The notes: generated by a model from the sequence alone, not told the origin. A stretch of DNA of 62,541 bases, filler included, from Choristocarpus tenellus KU-1152 (GCA_964200185.2; 12 parts of 12 records of this genome joined end to end with filler, not necessarily neighbours in it), one strand, 5' to 3'. Numbered from the whole stretch's first letter, positions 40,949 through 53,633 are shown. A program made the numbers and translations.

Positions 40949-43522
40949 CAGAAAACCACACCACTGCAACCNNNNNNNNNNNNNNNNNNNNNNNNNNNNN
41001 NNNNNNNNNNNNNNNTTAATTAATTAANNNNNNNNNNNNNNNNNNNNNNNNNNNNNNNNNNNNNNNNNNNNGTTGGGGGGGGGGGGGGGGGGCGGGAGGG
41101 GGCTGGGCAGCTATGAGACAAGACTTTTTTTGTTTTTGAGTTAATGTTGTGGAGTGGTTTGCTCTGGATATCTCTGAACCTATCTTTTCTATCTTGTTAC
41201 TTGTTGATGATTCCTGCTTCATATATAAAACTGGTGGACTCCAACTACCAATTGCTTTTTTGTTTCTCGTGAAGGAACATGACCATTGTATTCTAACACC
41301 CTGCTCTTGTTATCCTGGAGGGGGGTTTCTTGCTTGAAATGTGGACCAAATGTTTTACCCTTTCCTCTCTTCCTGATTATTATGTGAGCAGGCAAGGGGG
41401 GGAAGGCGCCGTTTTGTGTCCTTACTTGTTGGAAATGGCAAACTATCTCTTCCTACAACAAGAGTTTAGACAGGACAAAACCTCTCTTCTTTTTTTTTGT
41501 ACAGTTCTCCTAAGCTTGTTGTGCTGCAGGGGCTCCCCTTGTTATCTGTCATCTAAAGCACGCTTTGGTTTTGCCAGTGAGGTTTAATATTATTAGGGAG
41601 TGATCACCAGCAACCCCTTAGGTAGCCCAATCCTATGTTATACTGTAAACAGTAGTGTCAACCTGTCAAACCATGGTGGAGGGGGAAGGGGGCGCGCTTG
41701 GGGATAACCATGGTGATGAGAAAAGGAACAACTCCATATGTGACTGTGGTGTTTCATTTATGTGAAGAAGTGCTGGCAAGAGTGAGACCATGGCAACAAC
41801 AAATGAAAACATGACAGAACAACTACTGTACGATTGGGGACTGTGTGTTGCACCATGGGGAGCCGAGTACCTTGAGGCTTGCATCTCTGCCTCTATTCAA
41901 GAGGGAGTTAATACTGTGGTTGGCATCGCTCAACGCATCACTATGTGGAAGAAGTGACATGCCTTACTGCTGCACCCGACCCCCTGGGGTGGATGGTGGC
42001 AGGCTCACCCTGCACCCTCTGTGTGGTGGACAAAGTGACCTGTACCTCCACTATACCATGGAGGAACCACTTGTGTTGTAGGGAGAACACTTAGGTTGTA
42101 GGGAAGGGCAAGAACAGGTGATAATCCTTGCCTCAGCAATGGCAGCGACACTTTGGCATCCTTCATCCTTCCTTCATTTTGCTGTGTTGTGAACAGGTCG
42201 TAGTTGACCACCCTTGTCAATAGATTGCATAAACTGACTCTTGTACTGGCTCTTTCTAAGAGTATTTCGTTCCATCCGATATCACTCATCCCATCCCCTA
42301 GTGCAATCAATCCCCACACCGCGTGGTAATGGTTGCTACTTTATTATTATTATTATTATTTTGTAATGGTTGTGTACTGAAAGGGTTAAAAACGTTGCAT
42401 GTGGCTAACAGGCAGAGATGATGTCGTTGCCCTTGACTTGTGTACTAAGAAGTGTAATTTTAATAATAATTATTATACCTTCCGCTAAGTACTGGGTAGA
42501 AGTTTATTTTGATACCAGCACACCCTGTGTAACTGTTCACAGTTTCAATGCACAACTATTTACAATCAAGTAGGAGCAGCTAGATGGGCCTGCCTCTACA
42601 TGATTAATAGTTGTGGGAACTATGATTGCAATATACTTAAAGGCTGAAACTCTGATCATCTGAAAGGTTTGTTGGGAGTGAGTGGTTTTGTTGGGGAGTG
42701 TCACTCAGAAACATAGTAGCATTGGTATTTTTTGTACCATTTAGTTGCCAATGAGGACCTTCAACCCCTTCTTTCAAATAAAGTTTTGAAATGGAGATGG
42801 GAGAGGCACAGCAACAGCAATCGAAGGGTGGTTTCTAACAAAAAAAATTAAGAAATATAAACATATTAAGATGCATGTAGAAAAATCTGAATATATGTGT
42901 TACCGGGCCTGGTTATGTGTGATGGTGATCGATGAGAACCACAAGAGATGAAGTTCAGAAAGGAAGTGAGATGTGGATCGATGAGACCCGAGGAATGGTG
43001 GGTGCATGTCGAGAAAGGAAGTGAGAGCCTCAAAGTGACATGTGGATCAATCTCCACTGTGAAAGGTTGCGACCAGTCAGAACAGAAAAGACAATCTCGG
43101 GCTTTGGTTGTTAGCCTTTGTTTGATTTAATCCTCCGTTCATGTCGGGGTTAGGGTTAGGGTTAGTCATGCGTCTGACACACACCACATCACCTGGGCTG
43201 GCCTCAATTGCAGAAGAAGGCACACACAAATGTGTATGACTACTTGTATTGTCCTCGTCAGTGTTGTGAGTTCCCAAAAAGGTGACCTGACCTGACCTGT
43301 CCCTGACATATGTTTAAAATACGTTCATGATTCCAAGGAATTTTCTTAGAATAGATATAATACATATAGAGTGCAATATTTGAAAACTTGGAATTGGAAT
43401 TGGAATTGGGATTTTTGTGATGTCATTCTTAGTCTCGGGTTGGTGTTGTTGACGCTCCTGTCACCACAAACACACACACACCAGAGTCATTTCGTTCTCT
43501 TTTTACTACTCAATCCCACCAG

Positions 43523-44299
43523 GATAGGAAGCAAGATGGACAGCAGATTATTCGTGTGTGTGTAGGGCCCATAGCCAACTCTGTAGCTGACTTGGGTCTG
43601 GCCATGGAAGCCCTCTGCTCTCCTGCAATGTGGGCAGGCGATCCCTCTCTACCTCGCATCCCCTGGGACAAAGGAACACTCCGAGAGGGAAATGGTCGAC
43701 CCCTCAAGGTGAGAAAGGTTGTTTTGGTGAGGAGAAAAAGGAGTGTTGGTGATGCATAGATGTAAGGTTAGTACACTGTGTTCTAGAGATTTTTTTTGTT
43801 GGTAGAGATTGACAGGCGTGTCATGCCAGTGTGGAAGGAGGTGGTAAAACCAAGGGTTAGTTCAACTACAATCCCAAAGTTGACAGACATCACAGACATC
43901 AACCCACTGCATGCGTGCACACCCACAAATGCAGTTAACGTTGGACAGAGGGTGAAAGATTTTTTTTTTGTGCAAGCAAGCATGCACTAATGTAAGTAAC
44001 CCTTATTCTGTTTATTTGTACTAAAAGTATTCTTGCTCTACGAAAAAAATTAACAAATAACAAATTTAAACTTCAAAACGAATATAGGTATACATATATT
44101 TATACATATATTTATACATATGTGTGCGTTTTGTGCTTTGTTTTTGTTCATTCATTTTTTCAAGGTGGGTTACTTTCTGACAGACCACTGGTTCAAACCA
44201 TGCAGAACAGTTACACGTGCCGTGAAGGAGACAGTCGAGGGTCTTCTCTCTGCAGGCCATGAGGTTGTACACTTTGAGCCTCCGGCATCTGGATGGGAG
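43523..44299 (+). CDS. Amidase-signature family (FAAH-like), two internal exons (43523-43708, 44165-44299)
   Basis: DGQQIIRVCVGPIANSVADLGLAMEALC...DPSLPRIPWD...RPLK spliced in phase 0 to VGYFLTDHWFKPCRTVTRAVKETVEGLLSAGHEVVHFEPP. Matches the FAAH GPMA..V.DL, DPxxPPxP and AGHxxVxF segments. Confidence 0.85.
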
Positions 44300-44699
44300 G
44301 TACGGCAAGCAAGCACAAAGACAGATCGCTGAAGGGGGGGGGGAGGGGGGGGGGGGGGGGAGGGAGGAAGAAAAGAAATGATCTTTGTGTTGGTGGACCA
44401 CCTGCAAANNNNNNNNNNNNNNNNNNNNNNNNNNNNNNNNNNNNNNNNNNNNTTAATTAATTAANNNNNNNNNNNNNNNNNNNNNNNNNNNNNNNNNNNN
44501 NNNNNNNNCCCCCCAGATACTTCGGGTCTTTTCTTGGCTGGCATTGCCCCCTCACAAGGCATCAACCTCACTCTACACTAAGAGTGCCTGATCCATACCA
44601 AGATGCAATATACTCCATGTAGTTGAGGTTTCGTGTGCTGCACGTACCGTGAAAGTTTTGTGTAGAAGGCCTTTTTATTCCAAGTATGTGGAACAAATT

Positions 44700-45600
44700 G
44701 TAAGAGCTCTATTCATTTTGTTGACCTTAGTAAAGAGATCGTAGGACATGAGCAGAGATAGAAGCATTTTTCCTTGGCAAATCACAACCAAAATATGGCT
44801 GATATGTGCACGTTGGTTGAGTCACTGGTTGTTCATGGCTTACATTGCTTTGGTGCAGCTTTTCCATTTCTCGTGAATTGCACCCCTCACATCTCGTGGT
44901 CCAGAAAGAAATGACATGCCTGTGGTCTGTGACTGACACTGCTGTTGTTGACTGACGGTTGCTTACCTGTTTGCTTGAAATGTTCAGAGAAAAAAAACTG
45001 TTCTGCCAACCTAGTGGACATGGCTTTGACCAGGAAAGGGGCACCTCTGGACTCAGCAGGCCTTACCCAGACACTGTGAGTGCTTCCCCTGTCCTTTGTT
45101 GTGTGCATGGTTCTCCACCTTCTTTGCTGTGCTACCCAAAGATGTCTTGGCAAGTTGAGCAAATGAGCGAGCACCGTAGCTTGAACTGACTTGTAGATTG
45201 TGGCACATTCCTTCCAATGTAGGGGTATGCATCGTGAGATCAGGTGGAATAATATATCATAATACTGTTATCCGTTGCCACTGTCTCAAGAACTTGATTG
45301 GGCTCTGGTGTGAATGAGAATTGAAGGACGCTGAACTTTGTGTAAGAACTGACTCTGCTCTCGTACAATTTCGATATCACAGAGATCTCCCGAAATGAGA
45401 TCATATACGCCCTGGGGTATTTTTTTGTCGACACATTTTTCGATGGAACTTTGGTGATCATTTTTTGGATTCCTTGCTGCGCTAATATGTTTGATACTCT
45501 ACACCTTGCATGACCCATTAAGCACGCTGCATGACGCCATTGTAACGGTTTATGAGGGGTCAGTTATGAAAGGAACAACTCATATTTGCATGTCACAGCA
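44700..45600 (-). mobile_element. Possible copia integrase relic
   Basis: MGHAR..LA (cf. WHxRLGH) and LAHLLNLPRHLW (cf. MLxxxxLPxxLW). Otherwise decayed. Confidence 0.3.
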
Positions 45601-45666
45601 ATTGCCTTGACAGATAATGCTTACAGCACAGTGTAAGCACATGCAGATTCTGTAGAATATGGAGTT

Positions 45667-46011
45667 GAGTGAAAGTATCTTAGAGGGTACGATTTTTTCC
45701 ATGTTTGGGGTCAAAGTATCGGGGGGGGGGGGGGGGGGGGGGGAGCGCAACCCGGTGATAGCCAGGGCCTAGCCCCAAAATACCGCCCTAAACTATAGCC
45801 CCAAAATATAGCAAAAAAAANNNNNNNNNGGGGGTTGTGAGGGGGCGTCCGTTTTGGTCCGGATGAAGTGCTCAAAAATTATAGCAATTGCTGTCTTCGG
45901 TCGTGAAACGTCCGCGACCGAAGACAGCAATTGCTATGATTTTTGAGTAATTCGTCCGGCCAGAAACGGACGAATTAAGACAAACCACCACCCCCCAAGA
46001 TACTTTGACCC
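45667..46011. mobile_element. Family B terminus (45667 to about 45706) followed by a third related MITE, family C (45708-46011)
   Basis: Family C TIRs GGGTCAAAGTATC(G)n ... (C)nAAGATACTTTGACCC. Contains a 127-bp hairpin at 45846-45972 and a small N gap. Confidence 0.8.
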
Positions 46012-47168
46012 ACTGACCGTCGTAATATGATGTATGTTGGGCTAAAATGTACTCAGGATCTATGCTTGGTGCTTGGCAGGGTGTAGACTACGTTTTTATG
46101 GCTCAGGGAAGTTGTCGTTGGGTTCAAAGACTGGAGTGTGGGTGGTTGCCGCCACTTGGTTTGAGTGCGGAAGACATGTCATATGTTGTGGAAACCTCGA
46201 CTTGTGCTGAAGATGGTGGTGTAGAGTATGAGATGCTTGTGCGATAACGTATTTGCGGTAAGGTTTCTGTCATATGCTCTGTGGTCCAATCAGTGCAAAG
46301 GGGGGAGGAAAAAGGATTGGGGCATGGCAGTAAAAGTATAATAGAGGATGGTGGCAGAATGCACCAATAATGGAGACGAAATTTTGGTTGCCACCGGGCC
46401 AATAAAAACATGTGTATGAGGACACGTGAACACAAACTCTTTGGGAAGAAAATGAATTCAATATACCAATTGCATAAGTCCGTTGATTTAGAGAACGCCC
46501 GATCTCTCCATCATAACATGTCTGTTGAGGCATGTGTCTGACTGGCGAAGTATAAAGGGTGACTCATGAACAGAAATTGGCCTATGTTGTTCCTCAAAGC
46601 CGTGAATATCGTTAGTATGGTGTCAGGGTGGGACTTGTCCGGACCCAGGCCCATGTAGGAGCGTCTTGGTCAGTGCTGTAGTGTTGGAGACAAGGAGCTG
46701 CATATTTCGCAAGTCACCATTCTCCCATTTGACCTCGTAGGGGTTACTTACTCGCTTTCCTCTATCTTTCACCGAGTAGTGGGGTTGGTACTTGGTCACA
46801 GTCCCTGGCATCCGCCGATCGTCTCATCTAAGGTATACTCCCCTGCCCTTGGCTCTGGCATTGAGCGTTACCCCCTCATCTAAATCCGGCATATATAACT
46901 CAGTGTCGGCTCAAGGAGTATATATTTCTATATATTCTTGTCCACATCCCTACGCTTCCACTGTCGGTCAACAGTGGACCGACTGCGTTGTCTGAAACAC
47001 AGGGCTGCAGCCTCATATCTATCCTTATTTCCCTTGTCTCGAAGTTGGTTGACACCCTCCTTGATCTCGTCCTCTGTCATGTACGACCCGAGTTGAGGGG
47101 GGAAAGAGTTTTTGCCATCGTCCAGGGTGTAGGGACACTGAGTAAATGTACACCCCTGAATCATCTAC

Positions 47169-47426
47169 AAGGGAAAGTATCTTAGAGGGTACGAAATTTG
47201 CCCTGTTTGCCCGTTTGAGGCTTGGCTTCCCATGCGCTTTTTATGACATCTCCCTACTCCGAAACGTTTTGGAGTAGGTAAAATGTATACGCTATGAAAA
47301 GGTGTGTTCGGAACAAGGAAATTTACACTTGCTAACAAACACAATAGCCAAGATCACATCAAAATCGCAACATTGGATTTTGACCCCCGATTGGACTCGA
47401 CTCTACCCTCTAAGATACTTTGACTC
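47169..47426 (-). mobile_element. MITE family B, complete, TSD CTAC, in transposase coding sequence
   Basis: CTAC at 47165-47168 and 47427-47430. Confidence 0.93.
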
Positions 47427-48845
47427 CTACGTGAACATCGCTGACCTTCCCCTGTACGATGGCCCCTCCACTCACGCGTAGGATGAAGCAGGTTCCTTGA
47501 CCGAACCTGGCATCTGACGTGTCCCCAAGTCTGAATTGCCTAGAGAATCGAGCAGGTATCCCACCGAGAGATTGCCGGTTGGATTCCGAGATGAACCTCT
47601 GGTATTGACCAGGCAGGATCGTGAATGTGTTGTTCAGGTGGTTGTGGTCGATGTCCCTGAAGTCTGGGATGATGATAGCCTGAAGGGGCACGACGCGGGG
47701 ACCCAGTTGTGCGTCCTGCATCACCACAGACATGTTCGTTGCCGGGGCTGTGTTGGTGTTGGGGGTTGTTTTTTTTGAGGAACGGATATTTTATGTATGA
47801 TAGAGAGGATATACTTTGGCAGCGAAATGAACGTATGGGACGCGCTTGTTTGCCCTGCGTAAGTTGCGAAAAAAGAATGTGAAAGGTGTGTCAGTGGCTT
47901 TTGCAGATTGGGAGAACAAAATGACACTGGTTTGGATGTCAGGATTGGACATTATGGGAGGAATCTATGTTGGTCGGAGGGGATACAGGAGGGTATGTGA
48001 CATCTGTATATGGACAGCATGGACTCATTCGTGTGGGGCATTGTTTTGTTAGAAGCAACAAGAGGCGTTACTCACCTTGTCCGTCCGTGACATGTGAATA
48101 GTTGGCACGCCATCAATGAACCTAGCACTCAGCACCTCGAAGTCTTCAGTGACAAAGACGATCTCATCTCCAGCACTGAACATCCCTCCATAGCTGGAGT
48201 GGTGTCTGGCGTTCCATTGGATCTTGTCCTTGCAGTGGATAGTGAACGGCAAGAACTCTATACCATTGTACTGCGATGGCTGCATCCGCACAATGCATTT
48301 GTTCCCCTCGGCGAGCTGTCTCTTCTTCCTCGACAGCTGACTTCTCAGATACATATCACCCATTCCCGCTTCGGTGGAAAATCCGAGGTTTATCTCCTTA
48401 AGTGGGGGCACGTGGGTTAGTTCCCACCTGCATTGGGCGAGGTTGCCGATGGAACAGTTCGTGCAATAGCACGACAGTTCGGTGTATATCAATGTACAAG
48501 AGTCTCCGGTGGTGAGCCGACCAGTGAAGAACCTGTGCATGGACTTGATTCCACCGAGGTTTGGGACACGTGGGTCATGTCATCCCGCACGGTCGATCTT
48601 GTAAGACGGAAGGTGGACAATCTCCTGTGTGCGGAACGTGTCCATGTATAGAAGTTTCCTACAGGTGTTACTGTGCTGTCTGCCGTCCCTGTCCGTCCAA
48701 TCCTAAGGGTTGTGGTGATTGTGCGTATAATGGGAGGGGTGGTAAGTGTTGGAGTCAGTGTCGGCACTGAGGCAGTGTGCTGCGACCGATTCGATGTGAT
48801 GGCGTTCGATTGTAAATAGTTGTGCTACCTATTGCTGTAACGAGT

Positions 48846-49106
48846 GAGCCAAAGTATCCTAGAGGGTAGAGCCGTGTCCATGTGGGGGCCAAAATCCAAT
48901 GTTGCAATTTTCATGGAATTTTGGCCATCATGTTTGTTAGGAAGTGTCAATATACATGTTCTGGACACACCTTTTCATAACGTATATACATTTTACCTAC
49001 TCCATAACATTTTGGAGTAGGAAAATGTAATAAAAAAACCCACAGGAAGCCAAGCCCCAAATGGACAAATAAGGCAAAAATTGCACCCTCTAAGATACGT
49101 TCACTT
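48846..49106 (+). mobile_element. MITE family B, complete, in transposase intron
   Basis: Both TIRs present, TSD eroded. Confidence 0.92.
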
Positions 49107-49139
49107 AGTCTTTGGTAATTACGGATGGCAGTGTGTGAT

Positions 49140-50080
49140 GAAACCCAAAACTCAGAGGTTTGTGTTATTTTGCCGATTGGTAGACAATTGAGAAATAGAG
49201 GGCGATGGTTCAAAGTGTGCACGGACTTTGAGCTGTCGATTAGGAAGTGCGTATGTGCAATCGTCATGTGATTCGTGGTGTAGGCATGAAGGGAAGGAAC
49301 GGATGTGACATAAGGGGTCGACGAAATCTATTACCTTGGTGGAATATATGGGTTGGCAAGGGGTGTAAGGGTGTAGGCAATCCCGAGTTGCAAACAGGGA
49401 TTAATTATTGTGTGTGGGAAAATCATATACGTTGTACATGTGGTATATATTCTTGCAGCAAGCGATGGATATATGGCCGACGTTGTTACATGGAAGGAAA
49501 CAATAACTTGGAGTTTCGGGTTGGTTCAACGATTGGGAGACTCATTCTAAATCGAGGGCGATGGTTGCAAGTGTGCTCGGATGGTGTTTGGTCGATTACT
49601 AAATGCGTATGTGCGATTATCATGTGATTCGTGGTGTTGACATGAGGGAAAGCGCGGATGTGACATAATGGGTCAACAATATCTATTGCGTGTTTAGTGT
49701 GTATGGGTTGTGGAGGGGCAAGAGGGTCGAGACTGATGGGAGTGGCAAGGAGGGATCAGGTCCAGAGTGCGGGGAGAATCATGCATGTAATGTATGTGGT
49801 ATGTATTCCTGCAACAAGCGATGTGTATATGGTCGATGTTGACAGTGGAAAGAAAAGAAGAACTTGGAGTTTTGCGCGAGTTTACCGATTGGCAGACTTG
49901 TATGAAATAGGTGGCGATAGTTGTAAGTGTGTGTGGACTATCTGTGCAGTCATTTCATACGTGCGTATGTATTATCTTGATGCTGGGCATGTTGTCAGAG
50001 TGAAGGGAGTGACGGACGTGACAAAAGTCCGAACGGTACATATTGAGTGTTTTTTGCGTATGTGAGCAAGGAGTGCACAT
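49140..50080. repeat. Diverged 356-bp tandem repeat, about 2.6 copies
   Basis: Anchor CGATTGG at 49174, 49530 and 49886, each followed by GGCGAT.GTT, TGCGTATGT and GGAYGTGACA in the same order. Confidence 0.8.
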
Positions 50081-50801
50081 GTTGTGGTTGTCGCCAGTGG
50101 CAAGCAGAGGCCAAATTTGTGAGTGGGGGGGGGTGGTCATGTGGAGTGTGTCTACCTTTGTGACGATTGTCTGTCCGGGAAACCTTTGCGGTAGCGCCAT
50201 TCTTCCTCCGGTGTTGGATCCCTCAATGTGTATTGAGTTTTGGTTGCCTTGATCGAATCCACTAGGGATGAGGTTCCTGCATGCGCACCCCGTCTAGTTC
50301 CAGTCTCCAGGCAGCAGACTTCACCACAGCCCCGACTCCATCAGACAGCGACTTGCCGTGACAGGAGGCAAAGAAGTTGTTTACTACAGAAATTCCCGTC
50401 CGTGCTAAGGACTGAGAAACCCACCACATCTGCCGTCTGTTCTTGAACTGGCTCCCGCAGCCATCGGACCAGATGTGGAGGATCTCTAGGGTCTGTCCGT
50501 ATTCACTGGCCAGAGGTATTAGGTGATCTTTCACAAGCATCTCCACGACGTTCTGGACCAACTCGTTGTCTTGGCTTCAGTCTTCACTGCACATCATCAT
50601 GCTGTGAGCTTAAACCCTTCCCTTCCCAAGATTTCCCTCTTCTCTGAAATCCCTCAACCACCAGACAATGGTCAGAAGCGCCGTAAGGAAAAGATTGAAG
50701 AACTATTGTTGTGTCAAGTCTTGATGGTTGTGTTGTAGGTGGGTGCTGAAGTCCATGGACATGGCGGCGTGTCCTTTGGGCAGGCGGGATTTGCAGTGCT
50801 T

Positions 50802-50924
50802 GAGCCAAAGTATCTTAGAGGGTGGAGCCGTGTCCATTTGGAGGTCAAAAACCGATGTTGCGATTTTGATGTAATTTTGGCTATCGTGTTTGCTAGGGAG
50901 TGTCGTTATCCTTATTCCGGACAC
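50802..50924 (+). mobile_element. MITE family B, truncated at contig end
   Basis: Left TIR GAGCCAAAGTATCTTAGAGGGT interrupting the Sola2-like reading frame. Confidence 0.9.
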
Positions 50925-51652
50925 NNNNNNNNNNNNNNNNNNNNNNNNNNNNNNNNNNNNNNNNNNNNTTAATTAATTAANNNNNNNNNNNNNNNNNNNN
51001 NNNNNNNNNNNNNNNNNNNNNNNNCCCCCGTATCGAGGTCCCCCTTCTCTTCATCGTCCTCGTCGTCCTCGTCCTCCTTCTGCTGCTCCTCGTCCTCCTC
51101 CTGCTCTTCATCCTCCTCCTCGTCCTCCTCCTTGTCGTCGTCGGTGTTGTCCTCCTTTTCGTCCCCATTCTTCCCCCCCCCTCCCCTCCTCGTCCCTTGA
51201 ATTTTGTCTTCCGTCCTTCTCCCCCAAAACCTCCCCTTTCCCTCGCCTCGATAGCAGACCGTAGAACTGTCAACACCTTGGTAGGAATATTTTTGCCGTT
51301 CCCAACAAGTTTGTCGCACGTCGAAACAATACCTATCACGGGTTCCCAGCTTACGTCTTTAACCCGCTTCGATTTCCCAGTTCGCCCAGATCTATCACCA
51401 GAGTGAATGTAGCCTTCGACAAAACTACTTTTCCCGTACTTTTCAAGGGTCAGAAACATGGCATTGTCATATGTGTGGTCACTGGTCGGCCGAAGCCAGT
51501 GAAGATCCACTCCACACTCCCCGTCGTCGCCAACGCGCTCCGCTAGGATCTTGCCAACCAAGAGCGGCGCCTCCGTTGCCACAAAAGAGGCAAACCTGCC
51601 TTCCTGCACAGTGACGAGGTTTCCATGGTTCGCCAATCTCAAGGTAGTACGA

Positions 51653-51909
51653 GAGTCAAATTATCTTAGAGGGTATAGCGCGTCCATTTGGGGGCCAAAA
51701 CCAATGTTGCAATTTTGATGTAATTTTTGGCTGTCATGTTTGTTAGGGAATGTCACTATCCTTGTTCCAGACACACCTTTCATAATATACACATTATACA
51801 TACTCCAAAACAATTCGGAGTAGGTTAAATGTCAATAAAAACCCATGGAAAGTCAAGCCCCTAATGGACAAACAGGGAAAAACTCGTACCCTCTAAGATA
51901 CTTTCATTC
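51653..51909 (+). mobile_element. MITE family B, complete, TSD ACGA/ACAA, in transposase exon
   Basis: Removing the element plus one TSD joins RGWPC to TTLRLANHG in frame. Confidence 0.93.
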
Positions 51910-53376
51910 ACAAGGCCAACCCCGTCGACGGAAGCCAGCTTCTTCCGTGTCACTGTCCGATGAGGAAGAGTCTGTTTTCTCGAGCTCGCCGAGATCATTG
52001 TCACCGCTGACAAGATTACCTCCTCCCGAACGTTTGCCCTCGTCGGTGTCTTCGACGTCGCTGGTACCAGTTCCAGCGCCATTGTCATCGATGGGAAGCC
52101 AATGGACTGGGAGGTCGAACTCTCGTTCCCCTGTCTTTTTGACAAGCCGCACAGACTCGCTTTGCTCGTGTTTCGCTCTCTGAATAGCTTCATTGTCTGT
52201 GAAGGTGGATGGCATGATCACGAGAATATCAACGGTATGGAAACATGAATATGACTTTGTAACCAGCCGTAAGGTTGCACAAAGGCGCTCAGGGAGCGTG
52301 TAGTGAGAGGGAGGGTGTAGATTTCGTCGGATTCGTCGCTGTTGAGTACAAGACCGGTACCCTCAAAACAATTATTGCCGGTAATCTATAGTACTTGTTG
52401 ATCGTGACACGCAACGATCACTACGCATGAGAATGGAATATTTTACTAGGTTATTTTTGTAAAGGCTGTAAAGGCTGCCTCGTACAGAAGTTGCACCAGA
52501 TTTTTTGGCTGCCACTGAATACAAAAATTGGCCATCAACTCCCCTCACGAAATGTTCGACTTACCCAGTGGGTACGCAGCAGCAAGGCACACGTGCAACG
52601 CCTGGTACAGCTGCTCCACCTTCTGGATGACGTCTTCGGGAACGCTCTTGAGCTGGTAGGGGGGTGCATCTTGGAGACGAGGCGGGTGGGAGATGAAGAG
52701 GTCGTGCGGAGGGGCGTTGGGAACGATAGCAACGTTGGCACCTATCCCATTCCATGCGGTGCAGTGCACGTATTGCTTTACGCTAACCTTAACCCGCCCA
52801 TCACCGCCTTTTTCAACGCAAAAAGCCCTATATAGCTCGTGATGTTGGGAACACGGTTGACGCTACCACAAAGGAGTCCCTTGAAGATGGCCTCGTTCCG
52901 TAGGGTCTTGCAGTAGACTGGAACCTCCGTATAAGAGGCCTGCAGCTCTTCACCCAGCTGTGTTCTTGTGAAGATGTTCTTCCCTTTGATACCACGTGAG
53001 AACCTGAAGGTGAAATGCAAGCAAGTTAATTTTGAGGCGGGCGCGAAAGAAATGTGGGCGAGACGCACGTGCGCTTGTGAACGTTCAACCCCATAGAAGA
53101 CTCAATGTTAGAAGAATAGGCGGCGATCCACGTGGGGAAGGAGAAAGGAATGGTTGGGTTGTCTCCAGGGGGGGTATGTAGTCGAATCGGTACAGCAGGC
53201 GGCGGAAGAAGGTGCAGGAGGTTTCATGACGATGTGGATTTTTGTGGACAGATGATGCTAGGGGTAGCTACGGGGAGGACGAAGAGCTTAGCCAAAAGCC
53301 GTCATGGTCGTTTCCTCGCGAGAAGGATTAACGAAAAAAGAGAGCCGTTGCCCTTGCGCTCTTGCCCGGTGTAGAT

Positions 53377-53633
53377 GAGTGAAAGTATCTTAGAGGGTAT
53401 GAGTTTTGCCCTGTTTGTCCATTTGGGACTTGGCTTTCCTCGGGGTTTTTATGACATTTTCCTATTCCATATATTTCGGAGTAGGTAAAATGTAGATGTT
53501 ATGAAAAGGTGCGTTTGGAACAAGGATGTTGACACCTCCTATTAAACACGGTAGTCAAAATTACATTGAACTTGCAAAACTGAATTTTGACCCCCAAATG
53601 GACGCAGCTCTACCCTCTAAGATACTTTGGCTC
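53377..53633 (-). mobile_element. MITE family B, complete, TSD AGAT, in transposase intron
   Basis: AGAT-GAGTGAAAGTATC...GATACTTTGGCTC-AGAT. Confidence 0.94.

Larger units (their letters stand above)
46600..50801 (-). pseudogene. Sola2-like DDD transposase pseudogene with introns
   Basis: In order on the minus strand: LPKGHAAMSMDFS...QDLTQQ*FF, LHIWSDGCGSQFKN, FFASCHGKSLSDGVGAVVK, intron (about 50155-48661), LGGIKSMHRF, ELSCYCTNCSIGNLAQC, then a GTGAGT donor near 48075. SDGCxxQ(Y/F)KN and HGKxxxDGxG are the Sola2-type core as I recall it. Contains stops, frameshifts and MITE insertions. The 3' limit is uncertain. Confidence 0.8.

Noticed and set aside
50802-51100. Sola1-like and Sola2-like genes forming one composite element
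   Set aside because: They are on different contigs separated by an artificial spacer, so the adjacency is not biological evidence.
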